A stretch of DNA of 64,000 nt. It comes from the human T2T-CHM13v2.0 reference genome, Homo sapiens. Under the pieces are notes generated by a model that did not search any database, had not been told where the DNA came from, and was given only the letters and a program-made list of their open reading frames with translations. The stretch lies in assembly GCF_009914755.1 (NCBI RefSeq), contig NC_060927.1; one strand, 5' to 3'. Both the position numbers and the translations under genes were made by a program. Positions 1 to 15,755 of this stretch are shown here, piece after piece (positions within the stretch are counted from its first letter, which is position 1; every line of letters begins with the position of its first letter).

Positions 1-46
1 ATTTGTAATAGAATTTTCCTTTTTTTTTTTTTTAATAGGAAAAGAT

Positions 47-184
47 TCCCAGCTACTACGGAGGCTGAGGCAGGAGAATTGCTCGAATCCGGGAGGAGGT
101 TGCAGTGAGCCGAGACTGAGCCATTGCATTCTAGTGTGGGCGACAGAGCAAGACTCTGCCTCAAAAGAAAAAAAAAAAAAAAAA
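47..184 (+). mobile_element. 5'-truncated Alu (right arm plus A-tail)
   Basis: tcccagctact...gaggctgaggcaggagaattgc...gcagtgagccgag...gcaagactctgcctc followed by an A-tail. Possible TSD aggaaaagat (37-46) / aggaagagat (184-193). Confidence 0.92.
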
Positions 185-197
185 GGAAGAGATACTA

Positions 198-602
<405 letters not shown>

Positions 603-1788
603 TTAAATCCAATAAGCTTGAAATCCATGTCCTCTGTTAAGAACAAATGAAAGGCAATGACACATAGTTTCTATTAGCCTTTGGTTACAAAGATTCATCA
701 TACAAAATCAAAAAACATGATTGCCTTTCTAGCCAACCTTCAGCCCAGAGATAATAACTTGCTCAGGCTTGAAGCTACGTTAAAATCATTCAGGACTGTG
801 GCCAAGTCTGCGCTCCGATCCTAGCAATATGTTTTGTAAACTAAAGTGATTGGCCATTCCTCATTTACTCACCCTTAACATGTAAATAAGGAACTAAAAT
901 TTATCCTGGAAATCAAAATCAAATATAACCACAGCAAACACAGGCACACAAGGTGCTTTTGAAGAGACTATTCTGTATATACAAATGTATTACACAGCCA
1001 CAGCTTGGTCAGGAAAATCACCACTTTTCCTAAAGTCAGTAACTTCCTCTCTAATTTCCTTAAAACATTTTTTTCCTTAGTAATCAAAATCTCAGGTAAA
1101 AAGCCCAGGAATAATAGAAAAAAATTACTATTATATTGAAGAAAATTACTAATAGTATTAATTCCTATTACTATTGACCTCAGTGAAACACAGAATGAGA
1201 GTTCTAGTCTCAGAAGAAACTGTAAGATCCTGTACTTCAACTCCAGCATTTGGTAAGTGAGAAAACCAAAAGGTCACGTGATTAATTCAAATACACATTT
1301 AAGAAACTACTGAGTCAATGCCAGAGCTCACATTCATTGCTTCACAATCACAGTCTCTCAGGCTCACCTTTTCTGCCTGAGTCTTGTTTAGTGACTTATA
1401 ATGAGATTTAAAAATCAATACAATAAAATCATATCCTAACATGTCACATGAACAAAATGTATTGTGTGGAAGGAAGAAATTTCTCCCCTTCTGAGATCAG
1501 CAGAAGAAAAACAAATGCTATTGCATCTTCTTCAGCTGCAATTAAACAGGAGTCCTACATGTCAGACATATTCACCACAGTCACCATCTTCCTCTCCATG
1601 AACTGGAAGAATTTCAGTGTGAGACTCCCATGATTTAATGCAAGCAAACCTGGAATTAAGTTATTAATGAATATAGGAATATTAATGAATATAGGTTGGT
1701 TGAAGCCATGTCCTTGTAGGTGATACTCCCATGCCAATCTCCTTATTTGTAGAGAGTGCTCTCTCTCTCTCTTTCTCTCCCTCTCTCC

Positions 1789-1927
1789 TTTTTTTTCTTT
1801 TTCTTTTTGTAAGAGGTGGGGTCTTGCTATGTTGCATAGGCTGGCCTCAAACTCCCGGGCCCAGAAGATCCTCCCACATCAGCCTCCCAAGTAGCTGGAA
1901 CTACAGGTGTGTACCACTGCACCCAGC
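1789..1927 (-). mobile_element. FLAM / Alu left monomer, preceded by a (CT)n tract
   Basis: T-tail, then ggggtcttgctatgttgcataggctggcctcaaactcc...gcctcccaagtagctggaactacaggtgtgtaccactgcacccagc. Confidence 0.9.
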
Positions 1928-1952
1928 TTGTTTTTGAATAGTTCCAACATTA

Positions 1953-2309
<357 letters not shown>

Positions 2310-2452
2310 AAGAAAATTGGAGTAGAAAGGTGGTTGTAGATAGTAAGATAATATGAATAGCAATAAATTAATATTATGTTTATATTAATACTGAAATATG
2401 ATTTCTTAGAGTACTTTGAGTTTTAAGTAAATGAACTACTAGCTTAAGAATC

Positions 2453-3191
2453 AAAGAAACAAATGACCATGAGATACTACTTCACATCCACTATAAAGGC
2501 TATAGTTTAAAAATGGACATGACAAAGTGTTTATGAGGATGTGGAAAAACTGCAACTCACATACATTGCTGGTGGAAATGTAAAATTATGCAGAAGCTGT
2601 GGAAAATAGGTTGGCAGTGCCTCAAAAGGTTAAACATACAGTTGCCACACAATCCAAAAATTCCACTTTTAGGTATAGTTCTAAGATTAATGAAAACATA
2701 TGTCCACACAAAAACTTGTGCACAAATGTTCATAGTGACATCATTCATAATGTGGAAACAACCCAAACATCTATCAAGTGATGAATGGATAAATACAGTG
2801 TGATAGTTCTACAGAATGCAACTGTAATACCATTCAATTATAAAAAAGAATGAAATACTGATTTATGTGGCAACAAGGATGAACCTCATACACATTATGT
2901 TAAGTGCAAGGAGCCAGATATAAAAGGCCACATGTATGATTCCATTTATATGAAATGTCCAGAATAAGCAAATCCGGAGATAGTAAGTACTGTAGTGATT
3001 ATCAAGGGTTGGGGAAGGAGGTGAGAGGGATAAGGGTGGAGTGACTGTTTTGTTGGAGGGATGAAATGTTCTGGGATTAGATACCGGTGATGTTTGCAAA
3101 ACTTTCTGAATGTACCAAAAACCACTAAAGCATGCATACATTTTTAAAATGTAAATTACGTGGCATTCAATTGATATCTCAATGAAAAAAA
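2453..3191 (+). mobile_element. Old L1 (L1MB-like) ORF2 3' end and 3' UTR
   Basis: gagatactacttcacatcc...gaggatgtggaaaaactg...cattgctggtggaaatgtaaaa...cacacaaaaacttgtgcacaaatgttcatag...atgaaatgtccagaataagcaaatcc, ending in an A-rich tail. Confidence 0.9.
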
Positions 3192-4639
3192 ATCAGATAA
3201 ACCAGGTGATTAAAGAAAGTGAGGGAAGGAATGAAACTATTGCACATTCCTTGCCTGGCAGCACAGGGCTATATGATAACCCATGTGAAGGAAAACTGGC
3301 TCTTCGAAGGCCTTGTCTCAATATTGCCAGGACAGAGTTTAGTCATTGCCAAGTATATGGATAAAAGTAACTCAGATTCAATATAGATGATAATATTAAG
3401 TTCTGTTTTTTTCCTAGGACTAATAAAGTATTTTTAAAATGCTTAGATTTAGGTCTGAATTTTAATTCATTTTCTTTTAAAAACAAACTAATTAAAATAA
3501 TCCCAAAGCTTTTTATTATTTTTTTTTCTCGATCTAGTCCAATACTAGCAAACAGTATTAACCCTAGATGCTATGCTAAGGAACTCTGGAAAGTTCAAGC
3601 AATACATTCAATGTATAAGATTTCAGACTTTATAAAGAAGTTAGGAAAAAAATAATTCCTGTTTTGTGTAAGTACATATCGTCATATATGTAGATGGTGA
3701 TAAAACCTTCTTCCTTATGAATGTACATCACAGAAACATGTAAATTTGAAGATAGATATAAAGCTGCTTAGTGATGATAGTACAATTTGGCACCTTTATC
3801 TAACAAGGTAACTAAAGCTCATGACAGCGAAATAATTGTCCCCAGTGTCATAGGAAGCTAGCGGCAGATCCAGACCCTGTGTTGAACAACGGGCTCCTCG
3901 CTGCTGGTTCAGTACTTCTTCCAATGCCACACATTGCTTTCCTACTGCATACGCAATCCTGCTTTTGATGCCAAGCTTGATTTGGGCAAGCCTTACTCAT
4001 ATTATAGAAACCATATCAGTGATGTATAATTACTACATTGTCATTTATACATGAGAAAAACAACACTCTCATTTAATAAATAACGATTCTTAGGTTTCTG
4101 TTTCATACTCATTTAAAATTCCCTCCCGGAACAGCAAAAATCAGAGATATTGCACAGAAGCTGGAGTCCTGGGGTCCTGAGCCAGGAACCGCATTAGGTA
4201 GGAACCGGGCTTTGAACTACTAAATTGACAAATGGGGGATTTCTTGCACAGCATCCAGGTCCTAATCAGCAATGAAAAGCCAAGTGGAGTTTTCCATTCA
4301 GTATAATTCCAACAGGGCTATGCAGAGTCAGAATCTGAAAATGAGGCAGCTATTAATACCTGACCAGGGCAAGACATTTCCGGCTGGAAACATGGCAGGA
4401 GTTTGCTGCAGGCACTTGTGTGGACACAGGCAGGCTACCCTATAAACTGGACGGGAAATCTTAATGGCACTGAACCAGCTTGGATAGTCATTCTAAGTAG
4501 AACCTTTACAATATATGTGCAGTTTCAGTTTCAATATGGAGTTGGGCATCAAAGAATTTACATTGTATTTGCTATTATGCCTCTTTTTTTTTTGTAATGA
4601 GAAATCAGAGCCCTACACGTGGAGTAAAAAAAAAAAAAA

Positions 4640-4790
4640 AATCAGGGTTTTCCTTCTGGCTCCACACATATTAGCTGTGGATTTTAGGTAAGTGATTACA
4701 ATTCTCTAAATTTCACATTTTCAACTGTAAATTGAGTTATTTTAAGGAAAATCATGCATATGGACACATGTTTTAAATGTTTAGAATTTA
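4640..4790 (+). mobile_element. MIR fragment
   Basis: ctggctccacacatattagctgtggattttaggtaagtgattacaattctctaaatttcacattttcaactgtaaa resembles the MIR core. Confidence 0.65.
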
Positions 4791-7044
4791 ACAACCTCCA
4801 ACTCATTATTCACTTTTCACATAGCAGGAAAAATGCAATGAATCCTATAATAAGGCACTCAATTCTGGTTTTTGTCACATGTTTATATCTGCTCCAACAT
4901 CTAGGACCTTGTGCCATAAGAGTAGTTAAGGCAGGTTACAAATATATAGACATTTTAAAAATAATCTAAAGCTTTTGGTAAAGACTTAGACAATCACATA
5001 TATTCAGAAGGGGTTCTGTGGTTATAAAATGTGTGTTCAGACTGACAAAAAATCTAATGTATAACGGAAACAGGCAGGCTTGGGGTCAAAGGTGATAAAA
5101 TCCCAGGCCACCTTGATCCAGTGCATATAATAGAAAGCAGAGTAAATAATCAGTATAATAAGGATGATTTTGTTTCTTTCGTAAGACTAACCAGTAGTCA
5201 TGTTGTATCTCATGAGTGTTTCTTTTTCCTATAGTCTTGAGCCCTCAGTTCAATGTAGGCATCAGAGAAAACTTATAGAAATCTGCTGAAATAGAAACAC
5301 CCCCGTGTTCTATTCTATGTCATGTGTGTAGATATGTGAAATGATAGGTCTATTTTTCACAATTATTACTTTAAAACCTGCCCATTCTTCAACTTCCACT
5401 CACTTTGACTTCAGCAGAAAATGAATATTTTGATAGTGTTCCGAAATTATTTTTGAATGCTCCCTCTTTTATCAGCATTTGCAGAACTGAGTTTTTGTTC
5501 TATCATGGTATAAGCCAATATTTGACCAATTCTTTTTCACATTCCAAATACCTGTCCACCCTAGCCTTGCCTCAAAAGTTAAAATCTCCAACTCATTTTA
5601 ATCCAGATGATGAATGAATGCTGGAATCCTACGTAAGCCCAACATGATCACTCAGGACCCCTTCTAGTCTCTCCCCATCCCATGGGATTCCAACCTCCTC
5701 TCCCTAGAATGCTCCCTGACCCCAGCTTCATAGTTTCATACTCTACCTTGATTCCTCTCCAACACTGAATTTCTTCCTGTTTCTTCTCCCTGCACATAGA
5801 CAACTGTCACACAGTTTCTGGCTTCTTAGGGTCTACCACTGCCCAGGAAAAGTCCTTTCCTCTCTAGTCAGCCTCTAACTGTGTCAGCTTTGGCCTTTCC
5901 CACCGCCCCCTCATCTGAATGGAATTCCCCTTAAGATATAAACACCATCAAGGATAAATAGACAGAAATTTAGAGATTTTAATGAATACTTGGATAAAAT
6001 GCTGTATCTTTTCAGGTTTGACTCCCACTGTCAACACTGTTTTCATCACATGCTAATTTCTTGCAATGCCCCCACTTCCTAACCCTCAAGCTGTGCTTTG
6101 CTCAAGCTGTTCTCTCTGTTTCTCTATCAAATAGGACCATAACAGATGCTCTTTCAAGACTCTTCAGGTTACAGCAAACTTTCCTTCCTTTTGCTTCTCA
6201 TAGCATTTGATATTTCTTTTAGTATTTAATGTGTTCTGTCTTGAATCACGATGGTTTTTCTTGCTCCTATAGCAGACAATGTGAGCTTTAGTTCACAGGG
6301 ACATAATCCTCTTCAATGCTTTTTATGAAGCCAAGCAATTCAGCGCCCAGTTTATTCTTGTTTAAATAAATGTAGCAATAATTTAAGTCAAGGAAACAGC
6401 AAAGGTTATGTGGTGAGATAGAACTGATTGACAGTACTGATTCAGTCCCTTTACCTGTATGAACTTGGACATGCTATTTAATTTTGTTAAAAATCTCTTT
6501 TTCTATTACATTAAACTGGGAGCAATAATTCTCACATTAAAAATGTTTGAAGATTAAGTAAAATGACAAAAATTACTTCCCAAAAATCTTTGTCCTTCTT
6601 TCAATATCAAGTTTTTCCTACATAATTAGCTAACAGATGATGTATGGTAAGTTTAATAACAAATAACAACCATTCATTTATAGGTTGCAAGCAAATTTTG
6701 TTCAAGATGTAAATATAACATTGTGGATCACATAAGTTATTCAAGAAAAAATATTTTCCATTCTGTCTCCAACTAACACATTCCCCTTCTTATTTTCTAT
6801 TCCACACCGTTATATTATACAACGCCCATGCTTACATGTTTGATTTACTAATAATGTTTGTAAAACTGTGTAAGTTAAAAGTAACCACTTACAAGGTCCT
6901 ACAGAATAATTATGTCAAGACATCAAATGAACAGAATAGAAAAACAGAATTGTCCAGGACACATGGAGAAATAAACAGTAAGTATTTTCTGGAAAATCAT
7001 TTGAATTATCTAAATTTCTGATTTGTCATTCACTGACAATTTTC

Positions 7045-7200
7045 TCCCTGACCTTTGGCACGCCAGTTAACCTCTCTGAGCCTCAACTTCCTCCACTGTA
7101 CACTGAAGATACGTTTACTATACAGACTAGGAGCATTGTAATGATCAAATTATTTAACAGATATGAAAGCTCTTTGATAACTACAAAGGCCTATAAAATT
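7045..7200 (+). mobile_element. MIR fragment
   Basis: tgacctttggcacgccagttaacctctctgagcctcaacttcctccactgtacactg matches the MIR core. Confidence 0.75.
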
Positions 7201-7544
7201 ATTTGAGATTATTTCTTTTCACAGACAACTTTGATATTGTAACTTTAAAGGCTTCTACATTTTAGTATGACATCTGCTCAGAATAAAGTTCTTGAAAGGT
7301 AAAGAATGTTATGTGATTCACTCAGAACCGCTTTTGCTCCCATGAGCTTTACTTGCCAAATGCATGCTTTCCAACTCAAGTAGGAATACAGCACTTGGTA
7401 GCACTGTATAGTTAATATAATTACACGATACCATAACCATAATTCATCTTCACTCTGCTCTTTGCAGATCCCTGTTTCCTCCTTACTGCTCTGGCTGAGA
7501 TAACCCATGGGTGAATGTACAGTCAATGAGTGAATGCTCGTTGT

Positions 7545-7935
7545 ACTCAGCCACTGGTCTCCTTGCTGTTACTGAAACACAATAAGCATGTCCCATTTCA
7601 AATCCTTCACAATCAATATTCCTTGTTCTTGAAAATGTCTTCAGTAACATATTAACATGGTTTGATCTCTTATTTCATTCAGGTTACTGCTTAAATGTAA
7701 CTACCTCAGAGAAAGCTCCCTTGACTACCTTACATAATTTAGCACTACGGCCACTTTCTAACCCTTTACCTTGCTTTTGTTTTCCTTCATAACTTGACCC
7801 TTTCTGGCATTATAACACATATGAATTTGTTTAAGCTTCTTGAAAGTAGCTACCATGATTGCTATATTCTCTTCGTATTCTCAACAGTTCTGGGAATTAA
7901 ACAACAAATCGACTCCAACAAAATAATTTGGTGAA
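7545..7935 (+). mobile_element. L2 3' end
   Basis: cactggtctccttgctgttactgaaacac...ttcattcaggttactgcttaaatgtaactacctcagagaaagctcccttgactacc is typical of L2a. Confidence 0.75.
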
Positions 7936-8370
7936 AATACATCATAAAATCTGAATTTTTTCTTCCTGTATATCTCTAAGTTGTGATCAAATGGGAAAGG
8001 CCTCTTTCTTTCTTAGGCTCTCAGTTTCTCTAAATGTAAAAAAGAAATGCCAAATTACACAATCTCAAATGTCACTTTTGTCTTACTTTATAGCTATATT
8101 ATTCATATTAAATACATAATGTATTAAAATTAAAGAGCCTATATAAAATGTTGTTTCTTCAAAAATAGAGCTTTCCTACCAAAGAAATGGTGGTAATATA
8201 TTATTATTTAATAAGCAAACAAAGAAAAATTAATCAGAGAAATAGACTTTGCTATTGTGTTAGTAATTATGACTAATGATTCTCCATATGGTATGTAGAA
8301 ATTATTGAATTTTCAAGCATATGCCAGATAAAAAAGGGCCTCTGATTTTGGTTCTATCTTTCCCACTTAA

Positions 8371-8680
<310 letters not shown>

Positions 8681-9339
8681 TAAACTCTTTTTAATGTATA
8701 TAACCACCTTCTCTGTTTGCTGTGCCACCTTGTGGATTCAGTTTTGTGTAAGAAAGAAAGGAATCAAAAACAACTGGGGAATCTTCCAACACAATTTATA
8801 TCCAACAACTCCAGAGACAGAGTCCTTTCGGTTATTCTCACTGGATATTTGGCTGTGAAGCTTCTGATTTGCTAACTTCATTAATGGCCTTTAGATGGAG
8901 AGAACTTGAAAATCCTTGCTATAATAGCTGCTACTTTGCTAACTCTGTTGTCACGCATAATGATATTAAATCAAGCAAGAGAAATATTGTTTTCCATCCT
9001 GACAAGAGGCAAAGAAAATGCCAAATTACATTATCTCAAGTGAATTTTTTTGAAAAAAAAATTGGGATTGCTTTGACTAGAACAAGTCTAATTTTATAAC
9101 TTAAAAAAAACAACTCTGCAGATACGGAAACCTTTGTCTACACACTTTTGAAATAATTTTTACTGGAAAACTACTGAGCTGATTCCTCTAAAAATAAAGG
9201 TTCTTTGTTAACACATTCTTTGCAACATCTGACAAGGAAACAAGGTAAATTTATACCATCATAAAATAATGCAACCTGTGACGTACTGGAAATGTAATGT
9301 TGGAGGTAGATGGACACAACTACTCAATACTCAAACCCT

Positions 9340-9790
<451 letters not shown>

Positions 9791-11230
9791 TCACTCTCCT
9801 TACTCCTGGTTACAATTTCAGGGGAAAACTGATATCACAAATGAGAATGCAGTAGCCTGAGCAGCGGGCAGAGAAAAGTCACTGTAGTTGTGGATCCACA
9901 TAACGTGTCATGAGGATCTCTTACCTGTGAGAGGTTAATTAAGATTATCTTGCTTAAGGCTCAACTTGGTCATCTATATATAGAGAACACAGAGATATCA
10001 GATCACTTTTCTTTCTCTGGTAGAGGAATTTGGTGCCATCAATTGGAGATAAGTGATGTGGTAATTTCAGGTTCTTGTCACCTCCTAATGAGGCATTATA
10101 CCACAATACCACTGGACTCAGCCTCTAGCCAGAAGACTGTAAGTATAGAAGTGAGGTGGGAGAAAGCCAGTGGGTGAGGGGTATATTATATTACAATTCA
10201 CTATTATCATCAAAATAACTTCCAGGAGCTTCAATGTTTTAGAGACGACATATCTAGAGCAGATATTGGAGGGGCAGCACAATTCTCCATTGAAAATGCC
10301 TTTGGTTCTTACCAAGTGAACCTGTGCACAATACGTAATCATGTGTCCCACTATGACTGAACAGGAAAATCATGGCAAGATATGTGCTTCTAGTGCCTCA
10401 GCCTCTGTCTTCCTTTCTTGGGATAAGGATGAAAGTAGGGATGTTGTCAAATGCACATATTTCAATTTCAACATTCTTCTGCTTTTTGGAAAGTCACATT
10501 TCATACACTAAAAGGTACGAGAAATTATCAACTAAGGCTAAAAAATATATTTTTTACATGAAATTTCCTAACTTTTAAAACTTCTGTATCAACTCCCATG
10601 AAGTCAAACTAACTGATATCAAACTTAACTTTCCGATGTAAGCAATTATAAAACTGGACAAAGTATATGAGGTAGAAGTTTCCAGGCACTTGTCAACTGG
10701 AACTGTGGGTGTTTGATCTTTGAGAGAAGGCAGATACACAGGAGGTAAGCACTGTGTATTTGCTTGGCTCTGTGTTGGTTTTCTTGCTTTCTTCAAGGGA
10801 CAGCACTGTGGTTTTGTGAAGCTGAAGAGGCAGAAACTGTAGTTCGAGATTGCTAAGGTGACTTGAATTTGTGGAGCAAGGTGCCAGTGAAAAAGGGCTG
10901 GATGGAATGAGGGGCAGGAGACTGTACGGAGATCTCCTGTGGATCCTGGGTTTACAGAGAGAAAAGCACATGCTCAGGATGAGACTCTTCAAGGCCCAGC
11001 ATAGAATGGCTGCTCCAGGATTGAGAGCTGAATGGAGATGGCTGTGGCTGTGTAGGGCTAGGATATGATAAACTTCCGGGCAAGTCAGAAAGCAGGGGCC
11101 TCACTAAGCAAAGAGGGCATTCAATGAAGACCTCAGAAAGGCCACAGGTTCAAGTTAATGACCACACCCTAAGTGAGCACGTCCTCATCCCCCAGATTAA
11201 AGACAGAACCAAAACAGTCAAGACAAGACC

Positions 11231-11282
11231 TACACGCACACACACAGACACACACACACAGACACACACACACACACACACA
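11231..11282. repeat. Interrupted (CA)n microsatellite
   Basis: acacgcacacacacagacacacacacacagacacacacacacacacacaca. Confidence 0.95.
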
Positions 11283-11512
11283 GCATGACAAGATCAAGAG
11301 GATTTATTAGTTATTAATCCAAATGCCAGAACAAAACACACACCTGTATCAGCAGATAATGTAATACACTCTACAATGTTTTTTATAAATGTCTAACATA
11401 CAATATCACAAAACATGGATGCAAGCAGCACGATGTAACTCATGGTCAGTTACGCAGATAGTAGAAAAGATCACAAGGTCGCCTAGATGTTAAAATTAAG
11501 AGAAGTAATTTG

Positions 11513-11832
<320 letters not shown>

Positions 11833-13614
11833 TAGAGAAAACATATCTCAATGAAAAAAAAGAACATAATGAATAAACAATAAACAGCAGAAAAAATATA
11901 AATGATTTTTAAAACCCAATAAAAATTTAAGAACTGAAAGGAACCATATTTGAGGGAAAATATTACTGGATATAATTAATTATAGGCTGGATACTGGCAC
12001 ATATAAACAACTCGGTATTTGTGTGTATTATGTATGATTGGAAAATATCTTGAAGCTTACACAAGCTGGTAATAGTGTTGGCTCCTGGGAAGGGATTTGG
12101 TTGGCTAGGGAGCAGAGATATAAGAAATAGACTTTTTTTTTTTCTACATGTATTATTACTTCAAGTAATGAATTTAGGGGAAAAATTCTGGGTCAAGTAC
12201 AATTAATGTACTAGTTAAATATAGACTACAGACCTCCAATTACTAATAGGGTTTTATTTCAAATCTTATAAAACATATATTCTGAAGTGCAAATTTACTT
12301 ACCCAGGCTCACAAAACAAAGATGACTATAAGGATATACCATAAGTTTTCCTAATCCCATATAAAAGAATGGCCCCTTCCTCTGAAAAATTACTGAAGGA
12401 AGAAAATCAATGAAGAACCCATGAAATAGGCAATCTCTAAATGGACTCGTTGAGTATAGGAGGGAATGAGAATAAATATGTTTACTTACCCCATCGTCTA
12501 TGTCCTGCTTAGACCACCAGAACTACACTGGACCTCAGTACAAGGGATATATATTAAAGCAAACAAACTCATCATTCTTTGAACTCTACTCGCTTCATTT
12601 TTCAGTATTTTCATGACTCAGATCAATCCCAACATCCAGGGGGCCCTGAAATTCCTCCTCCAACACTACCTAATTTTCTAATCAAAGCTGGAATGAAGGA
12701 TGTAGGCTCTCCAGAAGATGATGACATTTCACCTGCGAATATGCAGTAAAGGGCTTTTATTGGGGGTCTTATGTTCCTGTAGGCATGACATAAAATTATG
12801 CCTACGGCCATGGGGAAGAAACAACTCCAGAATTTGTTTGTGTTACTTGTTTGCTCATTGGGTTTAAATTATACATTCATCTAAACATAGACTTCCTGCA
12901 GGTGATTACAATGCTCAGTGACTGAAACATTTCTCAGTGAGGAGAGACTATAATGGTCAATGAAGGAGAAACGTGGACTGGGACGCAGCATGTGGTGCAG
13001 TATTGCTGAGATATTGATGTGAGTACAGCAGACACCTCAAATCCTTTTTATGGATCTGGAGAGCATGTAAGATTTTTTTTTTTTAGAAAAGCAAAGAAGC
13101 CCCAACAACATGAAGATACCCAGCAGTGAGTAGGCTGAGATCTGACATCATATCCTTAGCAGAGCTAGAAACGCACATCTCACAGGTGTTTTCTGCTCAG
13201 ACTCAATCAAGCCTGCATGGACTGTCACTCCAGCCACGTTCATTTTAACAGCCTAAAGAGTAATCTGCTAGATAAACAGTTCTGATGGCACTGAAAAGCC
13301 GGGGCTGTGTTTTTGAAAAAAATCTTTGCTGCAATGCTTCTTGCTGTGATGGTGTGTCCTCAGAATGAGAATGCAAAGTAAACACCTGCACCACCAAAGA
13401 AGAATGAAGACAGAGAGGCCTGGTTCACTTTATGCTTTATTTCTAAAGTCCCAGGAATATCATTTACCTGTATCATGTTTTGGATATACTACCATTTGGA
13501 CAAAGAGATCACAAGTACACTTGTTTAATTTCATAAAAGGTACTAAAAAGAAAGTTCATAAGCTCTGTCCTCATCATAGAATCCTTGAAATCTAAAATTG
13601 CAAATATGTAGTTT

Positions 13615-13750
13615 GACTCTTCACTTTACAGATGAAGAAAGCAAGGCTGAGCAGGGGAAGGAATTAACCCGATCAAGACCATGGCGCTAAATAACAGCAG
13701 AATAAGGATTAGAACCTGCTCTCCAGTCCAGGGGTCTGCCCTCTCTTTGC
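13615..13750 (-). mobile_element. MIR fragment
   Basis: cactttacagatgaagaaagcaaggctgagcaggggaaggaattaaccc...aggattagaacc. Confidence 0.7.
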
Positions 13751-13825
13751 CACAGTGGGTGCTTTGCTTATGATTTATGCGCTTTCGTAGATTAAGAATG
13801 ATTAGCTAAAATAGACTTTTATAAT

Positions 13826-14115
13826 CCAGGCATGGTGGCTCACACCTGTAATGCCAGCACTTTGCGAGGTCGAGGTGGGCAGATCACTTAACCCCAGGAG
13901 TCTGAGACCAGCCTGGGTAACATGACAAAACTGTGCCTCTACAAAAACATACAAAAATTACCCAGGCATGGTGACAGGTGCCTGTAGTTGCAGCTACTCA
14001 GGAGACTGAGGTGGGAGGATAGCTTGGGCCTGGGAGGCACGGGTTACAGTAAGCCAAGATTTTGCCACTGTATGCCAGCCTGAGCAACAGAGACCCTGTC
14101 CCCCAAAAATAAAAT
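13826..14115 (+). mobile_element. AluJ
   Basis: J-type features (ccccaggagtctgagacc, gtgggaggatagcttgggcctggg); TSD aaaatagactttta / aaaataggctttta. Confidence 0.93.
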
Positions 14116-14904
14116 AAAATAGGCTTTTACTTTTAATTCAGCATATTTTCCATTAATCAAATGACTGACCAATGTGCTTCGGTTAATATAATAGTTGTTT
14201 TCACTTTGCTTACCGATTAGAGTGAATTCTCTGCTTTTAGACATTTTGGCTGCAGGTAGGAAGTTATTTGCTCTTGATTCCATAAAGCAGACACTAGTAA
14301 TGTAAGAGCTGGCAAAGGGCAAAAAAGGGTGATTCTTTTTATATGAACAGGATAAAACCAGAGTAAGCTTGACCGATGGTCTGAATTAGAGATGGTGAAT
14401 GGAGAAAATACTGTATTTTTCAAAGTAGAATTGCCATGTGTGGGCAAAGGGAACAATGGGTGAAAGGTCAGGGGAAGGCCAATCCAACTCTGAAAATCAA
14501 TAGCCGTACTGCTACCTAATGATGCTATCAATGCACATTTTGAGTTCATTTGTGATTCAGAACTTATGATTTGATCCTAAAGTAATTTTCTCTAGCAAAC
14601 TGAAAGTTGGCAAGTGCCTTCCTCAAAGCATCTTTGCAGACCCTACAAAAATGGTAAAGAAATGAAATCGTTCTCCAAACGTGTTTTATCTACCAATTTT
14701 CCCATTTACAGTGTTGGATTACAAATCCATAAAAAGAATTCAGATATATGTGGATAATTTACATTCTCTATCTTTACCACCAGATTGCTAAATCACCTCA
14801 TATATGTGCCTCCATCTCATTAGGGTACTTGATATATATCTTATCACTTCTCACAGATTTCATTACAATTTATAGTTATTTCATTTGTTGTTACTACTGC
14901 TGTG

Positions 14905-15256
14905 CTTTCACATGTGGCAATTCCTCCCACCTATATCTGCAAATCCAAATCTCTCCTGGTCTTAAAGATCTAGTTCAAATTCAACTCCCTTCACAAAATT
15001 GCCTCTGATCCTGTCATCTAAAATTATCTCTTTCTCTTCTGACTCCCGTCATAGCTATTTATCTGTGGCTGTCTTAACATAATGATCACTTTGTATTACA
15101 TATCATGTGTATTTGCAATGATGACATACTATATAGAACTCACTTGAGACCCCGGCCTCTGTCTTATTTCTCACTGAAATAAGATACTTGCACAGTAGCT
15201 GGCATCTGACACCCAGTAGCTCCTCCATAACTGTTTGTAAATGAGCTAATGAATGG
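14905..15256 (+). mobile_element. L2 3' end
   Basis: ttaaagatctagttcaaattcaactccc...cacagtagctggcatctgacacccagtagctcctccataactgtttgtaaatgagctaatgaatg. Confidence 0.7.
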
Positions 15257-15462
15257 AGGAGTCTAGCCTGTTCCATGTCGGGAGTAGTTTGATGAAATAG
15301 CCCTTGTAACGGCTTATGAAGCCTATTACAGATAGCTTCCAGCAGTAGACTTTCTACAAATCAACATAGCTAACAAAATTCAGAACTTAACTCAACTGTT
15401 TACATTTTCTTTTTTTTTCATGAATTTTTTTTTTAATTGAAAGGTAAAAGTTATAGCTAATA

Positions 15463-15755
15463 GGCCAGGCGTGGTGGCTCACGCCTGTAATGCCAGTACT
15501 GTGGGAGGCCTAGGCTGGTGGATCACGGAGTCAGGAGTTCAAGACCAGCCTGGACAACATGGTGAAACCCCATCTCTACTAAAAATACAAAAATTAGCCA
15601 GGCATGGTGGTGGGTGCCTGTAATCCCAGCTACTCGGGAGGCTGAGGCAGAGAAATGCTTGAACCCAGGAGGCGGAGGTGGCAATGAGCCAAGATCGCAC
15701 CACTGCACTTCAGCCTGGGCGACAGAGCGAGGCTCCGTCTAAAAAAAAAAAAAAA
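15463..15755 (+). mobile_element. AluS
   Basis: Full dimer; TSD aaaagttatagctaata / aaaagttacagcgaata. Confidence 0.95.

Noticed and set aside
1362-1370. Strong isolated minus-strand donor AAG|GTGAGC (also ggg|gtaagt near 12484)
   Set aside because: I found no convincing partner acceptor or exon, and such 9-mers are expected many times in 64 kb.
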